DNA of 38,183 nucleotides from positions 1-38,183 of the forward strand of contig DATCOX010000130.1 in assembly GCA_036564495.1 (NCBI GenBank). The letters are read 5' to 3'. The stretch comes from Candidatus Limnocylindria bacterium. GTDB taxonomy: Bacteria; Chloroflexota; Limnocylindria; QHBO01. Positions 1 through 5,855 of this stretch are shown here, piece by piece (within the stretch, counting starts at the first letter, position 1; the number at the start of each line of letters is the position of its first letter). The notes under the pieces were generated by a model that was given only the letters and a program-made list of their open reading frames with translations, was not told the DNA's origin and made no database searches. The translations under genes and the position numbers were made by a program.

Positions 1-195
1 GCCTGGCCGCAAGCGATGCTGCGCTATACTCCCGCCCGAACGCGTTGACGCGGGAGCAGTAGGCGTCCGCCTCGATCCGCAGCGAGCCGGGGATGGTGCA
101 AGCCGGCGATCGCGACGACCCGAACTCGCCCGCCGAGCAGCCGAGACCCGGCCGGGATGGCGTCCGATAGCAGCGCCGATGAGTGGACCGATCGT

Positions 196-271
196 GGGGT
201 TGTAGCTCAGCTGGGAGAGCACCTGCATGGCATGCAGGGGGTCGGGGGTTCGAGTCCCCCCAGCTCCACCA
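196..271 (+). tRNA. tRNA-Ala, anticodon GGC, with 3' CCA encoded
   Basis: A cloverleaf can be read directly. Acceptor stem 196-202 pairs with 261-267. D arm is 205-208/217-220. Anticodon stem is 222-226/234-238 with loop ATGGCAT (anticodon GGC at 229-231). Variable loop is 5 nt. T arm is 244-248/256-260 with loop TTCGAGT. The G3:U70 alanine identity pair is present (198:265). Discriminator is A268 and CCA is 269-271. Confidence 0.93.
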
Positions 272-305
272 CCCCATTCGGTCAAGTCAGTGTGGTACCG
301 CGAAG

Positions 306-339
306 GCCCCCCTTCGTCCTGACGAGGCGGGGGCTTTGT
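306..339 (+). terminator. Candidate intrinsic terminator after tRNA-Ala
   Basis: GC-rich hairpin: GCCCCCCTTCG (306-316) pairs with CGAGGCGGGGGC (323-334), about 11 bp with one bulged C. It is followed by TTTGT (335-339). Confidence 0.5.
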
Positions 340-370
340 CGTACCTGTGTGAAAGACCGATGAGGATGGC

Positions 371-937
371 GTGGCCAGCATGACGATCACCGAGAGCCAG
401 CCGCGGACGGCCAAGGATGGCCGGCCGTGGACGCTGCGCCCGGCACGCCCCACCGATGCGAGGGCGCTGGCGACCCTCTTCGCGGACGTGCGCCGCGAAG
501 GACGCTGGCTTGTGACGCCTGCCTCGGCCGTGAGCCAGCCATCCGAGGCCTTCTACATCGGCGAGATGATCCGCGACGCGAGCAGCCTGGCCCTTGTCGC
601 CGAGGCGGACGGCGACGTGGTCGGCAACGTGCTTATCAGCGTCGAGCGCAGCGTCGTGAGTGACCACGTGGGGACGCTGTCGATCTGCGTGGCAGATGGC
701 TGGCGAGAGGTGGGGATCGGCCGGGCCCTGGTCGAGGCTGCCAAGGCCTGGGCGGGCGGGCGCGGCTTGGCCAAGGTTGCATTGGGGGTCTTCCCGGACA
801 ACGACCGCGCCATCGCCGTGTACGAGCACGCCGGATTCGTCAAGGAAGGCCTGCGACGCCGCCAATACCGCGTCCCGGGCGGTGAGTATCGCGACGAGCT
901 GCTGATGGCCTGGTTCCCACTTGTGGGCGACCGATGA
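371..937 (+). CDS. GNAT-family N-acetyltransferase
   Basis: 188-aa ORF. GTG 371 lies 4 nt after GAGGA (362-366); ATG 380 is an alternative start. GNAT core blocks are present (VGTLSICVADGWREVGIGRALVEAAKAWA; FPDNDRAIAVYEHAGFVKEG; C-terminal GEYRDELLMAW). The stop overlaps the next start (ATGA, 934-937). Confidence 0.85.
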   Translation: MASMTITESQPRTAKDGRPWTLRPARPTDARALATLFADVRREGRWLVTPASAVSQPSEAFYIGEMIRDASSLALVAEADGDVVGNVLISVERSVVSDHVGTLSICVADGWREVGIGRALVEAAKAWAGGRGLAKVALGVFPDNDRAIAVYEHAGFVKEGLRRRQYRVPGGEYRDELLMAWFPLVGDR

Positions 938-1710
938 TGATGACCTCTCAGCCCGGGAGCCTTGACGCTTACCTGCCCAACTACCCCGACGCACTGTTCG
1001 AGCTCCTGAACCGGGGACTGAGCCTGCCGGAGCGCCCGCTGGTGGTTGATGTGGGCGCCGGCACTGGCCGAGCATCGCTGGCGATGGCACGGCTTGGGTG
1101 GCACGTCACGGCGGTGGAGCCCGACGGACCAGCCCTCGACGTGCTCAGCGCTCGCGCTTCGGCGGAGGGGCTGGAGGTGGCCACCGTCCGGGCAACCGCG
1201 GAACAGACTGGCCTCGATCCGGCGAGCGTCGACCTGGTGACCGCCGCGCACGCGTTCCACTGGTTCGTCAAGCGGGCGGCCCTGACCGAGATGGCGCGCA
1301 TCACCCGCCCGGGCGGCGGCGTGGCGCTGTTCTGGAACGTACGCGACCGGAAGCGGTCGGCGTTCGTCGCTGGCTACCAAGACCTCCTCGACCGCTACGG
1401 CGTGGCGAAGCGTCTGTACCTGGAGGCGGAGCGCGCAAGCGGACGTGCCACGCGAGAGGCGCTCGCCGCGGCGGAAGGCTTAGGCTCACCGCACCTCCAC
1501 CGGGTGTGGCACGACATGTCGATGCGACCCGACGACTTCCTCAAGATCAGCTTCGCGCCGGCATTCGTGCGCGCCTTCTCTTCCGAGCGCCAGGATGCTT
1601 TCCGCACCGAGGTCATCGAGCTGCTTGGTCATCACAGCTTCGACGGCGAAGCGCCCTTCACCATCCCCTATCGCATCGATTGCTGGATCGCTACGAGGAG
1701 CACTTCCTGA
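934..1710 (+). CDS. Class I SAM-dependent methyltransferase, paralog 1
   Basis: 258 aa. SAM motif I is present (VVDVGAGTGRASLAMA). Other conserved blocks are DLVTAAHAFHWF and RPGGGVALFWNVRD. It is followed 2 nt later by a paralog. Confidence 0.85.
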   Translation: MMMTSQPGSLDAYLPNYPDALFELLNRGLSLPERPLVVDVGAGTGRASLAMARLGWHVTAVEPDGPALDVLSARASAEGLEVATVRATAEQTGLDPASVDLVTAAHAFHWFVKRAALTEMARITRPGGGVALFWNVRDRKRSAFVAGYQDLLDRYGVAKRLYLEAERASGRATREALAAAEGLGSPHLHRVWHDMSMRPDDFLKISFAPAFVRAFSSERQDAFRTEVIELLGHHSFDGEAPFTIPYRIDCWIATRSTS

Positions 1711-1712
1711 CC

Positions 1713-2531
1713 ATGGAGACGACCGACACCCCGGCCGCCCGGGCGCGGAGCTTCGACGCATGGGCCGGCGAGTACGACCGATTCCGCCCTGGGTACCCCG
1801 GCGAGATGTTCGAGACGATCGGGGCGAAGCTGGGGCTTCCGACCCGGCCGCTGGTGGTCGACCTCGGCGCAGGCACGGGTCGCGCCAGCCTTGCGATGGC
1901 GGCCCGGGGCTGGCGCGTGACTGCCGTCGAACCAGGCAAGGCGATGTTGAGCCTCCTGCGCGACCGCGCCTCGGATGACGGCCTTGTCGTCTCCACCATA
2001 GAGGCCGATGCGGAAGCGACCGGTCTTGATCCGATGTCGGTCGACCTCGTGACTGCCGCGCAGGCGTTCCATTGGTTCGCCCAGGAGGAGGCACTGGCTG
2101 AGATCACCCGCATCCTGCGCCCGGGCGGCGGGCTGGCCCTCTTCTGGAATGTCCGCGACGCAGCACGATCTCCATTTCTGGCCGAATACGCCGAGCTGCT
2201 GAAGCGCTCGGCGCAGGTTGCCGACGATCCGGGGATCGGGCGATACGAGGCGCGCGGGAGAGAGGCGACGCGAGACGCCTTGTCGAGGGCTCCGGGCCTC
2301 GAGTCGCCAGAGCTGGTCGAGCTTCACCAAGAGGTGTCCATGACTGCCGAGGAGTTCATCGGGATGGTGTTCACCGCGTCGTACGTGCGTGTCGGCCTGT
2401 CGCCGGAGCGCCAGGATCGGTTGCGCGACGAGCTGGCAGCGCTGCTCGGCCGGCATCGGATGGCGGGCGGACAGCCCTTCTCCATCCCCTATCGGATCGA
2501 CCTGTGGATCGCGCGAAGGAGCGGAGCATGA
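1713..2531 (+). CDS. Class I SAM-dependent methyltransferase, paralog 2
   Basis: ATG 1713 lies inside track ORF 1098-2531; the upstream part of that ORF is an Arg/Gly/Pro-rich off-frame read of paralog 1. Motifs: VVDLGAGTGRASLAMA, DLVTAAQAFHWF, RPGGGLALFWNVRD, and C-terminal PFSIPYRIDLWIARRS (compare PFTIPYRIDCWIATRS in paralog 1). Confidence 0.85.
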   Translation: METTDTPAARARSFDAWAGEYDRFRPGYPGEMFETIGAKLGLPTRPLVVDLGAGTGRASLAMAARGWRVTAVEPGKAMLSLLRDRASDDGLVVSTIEADAEATGLDPMSVDLVTAAQAFHWFAQEEALAEITRILRPGGGLALFWNVRDAARSPFLAEYAELLKRSAQVADDPGIGRYEARGREATRDALSRAPGLESPELVELHQEVSMTAEEFIGMVFTASYVRVGLSPERQDRLRDELAALLGRHRMAGGQPFSIPYRIDLWIARRSGA

Positions 2532-5095
2532 CAGCCGAGACGCCCACCACCCCACGAGCGGAGCGCTTCGACCCGAGGACCTACGAACCGGGCTGGCGCG
2601 AGCGATGGGCTGCCGACGACCTGTATCGGGCCGATGACGACGACCCGCGGGACAAGCACTACCTGCTGACCATGTATCCCTACCCCTCGGGCGACCTGCA
2701 CATTGGGCATTGGTATGCCGCCACCGGGCCCGACATCGTCGCGCGCATGCGGCGCATGCAGGGACTGAACGTCATGTTCCCGATGGGCTTCGACTCGTTC
2801 GGCCTGCCGGCCGAGAACGCGGCGATCGACCGTGGCGCGCACCCGTGGGAGTGGACCGAGCAGAACGTCGAGCGGATGCGAACCCAGTTCCGCTCGATGG
2901 GCTGCATGTTCGACTGGACGCGGGAGGTCGTCACCAGCGACCCCTCCTACTACCGATGGACGCAGTGGCTCTTCCTGCAGTTCTTCAAGGCGGGGCTCGC
3001 CTATCGGGCCATGGCGCCGGTCGACTGGTGTCCGAAGGACCAGGTCGTTCTGGCGCGCGAGCAGGTAGAGGGCGCCGATCGGCACTGCTGGCGCTGCGGG
3101 ACCCCGGTCGTCAAGCGCGACCTGGAGCAGTGGTTCTTTCGCACGACCCGCTATGCCGACGAGCTGCTGGACTTCTCGAAGATCGACTGGCCGGAGCCGA
3201 TCCGGCTGATGCAGACCAACTGGATCGGCCGCTCGGAGGGCGCCGAGATCGACTTCGCGGCGGAGGCCGATGGCGTGACGCCGATCCGCGTCTTCACGAC
3301 GCGACCGGACACGATCTACGGGGCGACCTTCATGGTCCTCGCCCCGGAGCATCCCGCGGTTGCGGCGCTGACGACCGCCGAGCAGGCGGCCGAGGTGCAG
3401 GCCTACACCGCCAATGCGCGGCGCGAGACCGAGATCGAGCGGATGAGCACCGAGCGAGATCGGAGCGGCATCTTCACCGGCGCGTTCGCCGTCCACCCGC
3501 TGACGGAGGAGCGGATCCCGATCTGGATCGCCGACTACGTGCTGCCCGGCTACGGCACCGGCGCAGTGATGGGCGTGCCCGCGCACGACGATCGCGACCA
3601 CGCGTTCGCCACGCGCTACGAGCTGCCGGTGCGCTACGTGATCATGCCGCGCGGTGGTTCGATCCCGGAGGAGGATGGCGCCTTCCTGCCCCACACGCAG
3701 GACGAGGTGCTCGTCGATTCGGGCGACTTCACCGGCATGAGCGCCGCGGACGCGATCCCGGCCATCACCGAAGAGCTGGCCGAGCGCGGCCTGGGCGAGG
3801 CGGCGGTCACGTACCGCATCCGCGACTGGCTGATCAGCCGTCAGCGCTACTGGGGAGCGCCGATCCCGATCGTGTACTGCGACGAGCACGGGCCACAGCC
3901 GGTGCCGGAGGATCAGCTGCCGGTCCTTCTGCCGCGCGACGTCGACTTCGCCCCGACCGGCGTCAGCCCGCTGCAATCTCATCCGGAGTTCCTGGCGGCG
4001 AGCTGCCCGATCTGCGGCAAGCCCGCGCGACGCGAGACGGACACCCTGGACACCTTCGTCGACTCGTCCTGGTATTTCCTGCGCTACTGCTCGCCGCACG
4101 ACGAGACACAGGCCTGGGACCCGGTGGCGGTGATGCGCTGGATGCCGGTCGACCTGTACACCGGCGGCGCCGAGCACGCCGTCCTGCACCTCCTGTACTC
4201 GCGCTTCTTCGTCAAGGCGCTCCGCGACATGCACCTGCTCGACTTCGACGAGCCGTTCAGGGCGCTGCGCAACCAGGGCCAGATCCTGGGCGCGGACCAT
4301 CACCGCATGAGCAAGTCGCGCGGCAATGTCGTCAACCCGGACGACCTGACCTCGCGCTTCGGCTCGGACACGGTGCGCTGCTTCCTGATGTTCATCGGGC
4401 CCTGGGACCAGGGCGGGCCTTGGAACCCGTCGAGCATCGAGGGGGTGCATCGCTTCCTGGGCCGCGTCTGGGCCGTAGCTCAGGCCACCGGCGGCGGACA
4501 CCCTCGGCCGATCCCCGGCATGCCGCTCGACACTCCCGGCGGCTGGCCGCCGAGCAGCGGTGAGGTGCCCAGCCAGGAGATGGCGACGATCGAGGGAGGG
4601 GTTCGCGCCCTGCGGCAGGCAGCCCATCGGGCCATCAAGGAGGTCGGGGAGGACTACGGCGCGTTCCACTTCAACACCGCACTCTCGAGGCTGATGGAGC
4701 TGACCAACGCGCTCGGTGCAGCACGCGACGATGGACTGGCCGGCACCGAGGCGTACGCCGAGGCAGTCGACGCGTTGCTGCTGTTGCTGGCGCCGACGGC
4801 ACCGCACATCAGCGAAGAGCTGTGGTCACGACGCGGCAGGCCATACAGCATTCATCAGCAGACGTGGCCGACCTTCGACCCTGCGCTGGTTGCCGCGGAG
4901 TTGATCGAGCTGCCGGTGCAGGTCGACGGCAAGCTGCGCGACCGGCTGACGGTGGCGCCCGACACCGGCCCAGAGGAGATCGAACGGCTGGCACTCGCCA
5001 GCGAGCGAGTGCAGGCCTACCTGAAGGGGCGCGCCCCGCGCAAGGTGCTCCACGTACCGGGCCGGCTGGTGAACATCGTCACCCCGGGGGAGTAG
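2528..5095 (+). CDS. leuS: Leucyl-tRNA synthetase
   Basis: Class I aaRS signatures are present: GDLHIGHW (HIGH) and HRMSKSRGN (KMSKS). Length (~855 aa) and conserved blocks fit bacterial LeuRS (YPYPSG, WIGRSEG, RDWLISRQRYWG). ATG 2528 overlaps the methyltransferase stop (ATGA 2528-2531). The track start GTG 2504 is an alternative. Confidence 0.97.
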   Translation: MTAETPTTPRAERFDPRTYEPGWRERWAADDLYRADDDDPRDKHYLLTMYPYPSGDLHIGHWYAATGPDIVARMRRMQGLNVMFPMGFDSFGLPAENAAIDRGAHPWEWTEQNVERMRTQFRSMGCMFDWTREVVTSDPSYYRWTQWLFLQFFKAGLAYRAMAPVDWCPKDQVVLAREQVEGADRHCWRCGTPVVKRDLEQWFFRTTRYADELLDFSKIDWPEPIRLMQTNWIGRSEGAEIDFAAEADGVTPIRVFTTRPDTIYGATFMVLAPEHPAVAALTTAEQAAEVQAYTANARRETEIERMSTERDRSGIFTGAFAVHPLTEERIPIWIADYVLPGYGTGAVMGVPAHDDRDHAFATRYELPVRYVIMPRGGSIPEEDGAFLPHTQDEVLVDSGDFTGMSAADAIPAITEELAERGLGEAAVTYRIRDWLISRQRYWGAPIPIVYCDEHGPQPVPEDQLPVLLPRDVDFAPTGVSPLQSHPEFLAASCPICGKPARRETDTLDTFVDSSWYFLRYCSPHDETQAWDPVAVMRWMPVDLYTGGAEHAVLHLLYSRFFVKALRDMHLLDFDEPFRALRNQGQILGADHHRMSKSRGNVVNPDDLTSRFGSDTVRCFLMFIGPWDQGGPWNPSSIEGVHRFLGRVWAVAQATGGGHPRPIPGMPLDTPGGWPPSSGEVPSQEMATIEGGVRALRQAAHRAIKEVGEDYGAFHFNTALSRLMELTNALGAARDDGLAGTEAYAEAVDALLLLLAPTAPHISEELWSRRGRPYSIHQQTWPTFDPALVAAELIELPVQVDGKLRDRLTVAPDTGPEEIERLALASERVQAYLKGRAPRKVLHVPGRLVNIVTPGE

Positions 5096-5164
5096 CCGGC
5101 GACCTTCGGTGAGCCGCCGGTAATCCGCGGGTAATTCCCCCGCCGCTAGGCTGCGCATCCTGCT

Positions 5165-5205
5165 TCCGGAGCCCGGGGTCGAGTGCCCGGACCCCGGGCT
5201 CCGGA
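5165..5205 (+). terminator. Perfect 16-bp GC-rich hairpin downstream of leuS (terminator or attenuator candidate; no U-tract)
   Basis: TCCGGAGCCCGGGGTC (5165-5180) and GACCCCGGGCTCCGGA (5190-5205) are exact reverse complements around a 9-nt loop. Two smaller hairpins precede it (5096-5120 and 5127-5143). Confidence 0.45.
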
Positions 5206-5248
5206 CAGGTCCTCACCTTGCTCGCCTCCAGAGTGGGAGGCTCGGCCG

Positions 5249-5839
5249 GTGCCGATCGGTGACCGCATCGCGATAGCGGCACTCGGCGTCGCGTGCGCGG
5301 CGATCGCCCTAGGCGGGTGGCTGGCCTTCTCGGCCGTCGGCCAGCAGCCGGGGCCGGATGAGAGCTTCGATCCCTTCGCGACCGCCTCGAGCTCGGCGAT
5401 GCCGCTTGCCGCAGCCGTCGTGGTGATCGACGTCGAGGGGGCGGTCCTGCGGCCGGGGATCCGCGAGCTGCCTGCCGGATCTCGCGTGGCCGAAGCGATC
5501 GAGGCGGCGGGCGGGTACTCCGCGGAGGCCGATCTCACGGCAGCGGCCGCGCAGGTCAACCTTGCCGCAACCCTCCGCGATGGGCAGCAGATCCTGGTTC
5601 CGACGCTCGGCATGCCTTCCGGTGGCTCGAGCGGCGGCGGGGCAGGCGGCCTGGTCAACCTGAACAGCGCAGGCGCCGACGAGCTTGATGCGCTGCCGGG
5701 GATCGGACCGGTGACGGTCGACAAGATCATCGCCGCGCGCAAGGAACGGCCGTTCGGCTCGCTCGAGGAGCTGGTGACTCGGAAGGTCCTGACCAAGGCA
5801 CAGCTCGACAAGATCCGCGACCTCGTCACCCTCGGCTGA
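5249..5839 (+). CDS. comEA: Competence protein ComEA (helix-hairpin-helix DNA receptor)
   Basis: C-terminal HhH motif (LNSAGADELDALPGIGPVTVDKIIAAR), an N-terminal TM segment and an SLBB-like middle region. GTG 5249 lies 8 nt after GGGAGG (5235-5240). The track ORF starts at 5183, inside the hairpin. Confidence 0.85.
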   Translation: MPIGDRIAIAALGVACAAIALGGWLAFSAVGQQPGPDESFDPFATASSSAMPLAAAVVVIDVEGAVLRPGIRELPAGSRVAEAIEAAGGYSAEADLTAAAAQVNLAATLRDGQQILVPTLGMPSGGSSGGGAGGLVNLNSAGADELDALPGIGPVTVDKIIAARKERPFGSLEELVTRKVLTKAQLDKIRDLVTLG

Positions 5840-5855
5840 CCGATTCCGCGACCTG

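Noticed and set aside
23-50. TATACT (25-30) and TTGACG (45-50) considered as a promoter for tRNA-Ala.
   Set aside because: The two hexamers are in the wrong order and spacing to form one promoter, and the tRNA starts about 165 nt downstream of TATACT. The shared 9-mer GCTATACTC with the fabD upstream region is suggestive, but I cannot support a call.
157-383. ORFs 157-363 and 183-383 on the plus strand, and 287-1090 on the minus strand.
   Set aside because: They run through the tRNA-Ala gene and its terminator, or are antisense to the GNAT gene. No coding motifs are present.
2489-4807. Very long antisense or off-frame ORFs. Examples: 2489-4807(-) of 772 aa opposite leuS, 16664-18475(+) opposite the M3-like peptidase, 18531-20080(+) opposite pyrG, 21954-24035(+), 28075-29667(+), 30097-32001(-), 32428-34452(-) and 34232-35722(-).
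   Set aside because: Their translations are Arg/Gly/Ala/Pro/Asp-rich low-complexity strings with no recognisable motifs. The opposite strand or another frame encodes textbook conserved proteins in each case. Stop-poor alternative frames are expected at roughly 70% GC.
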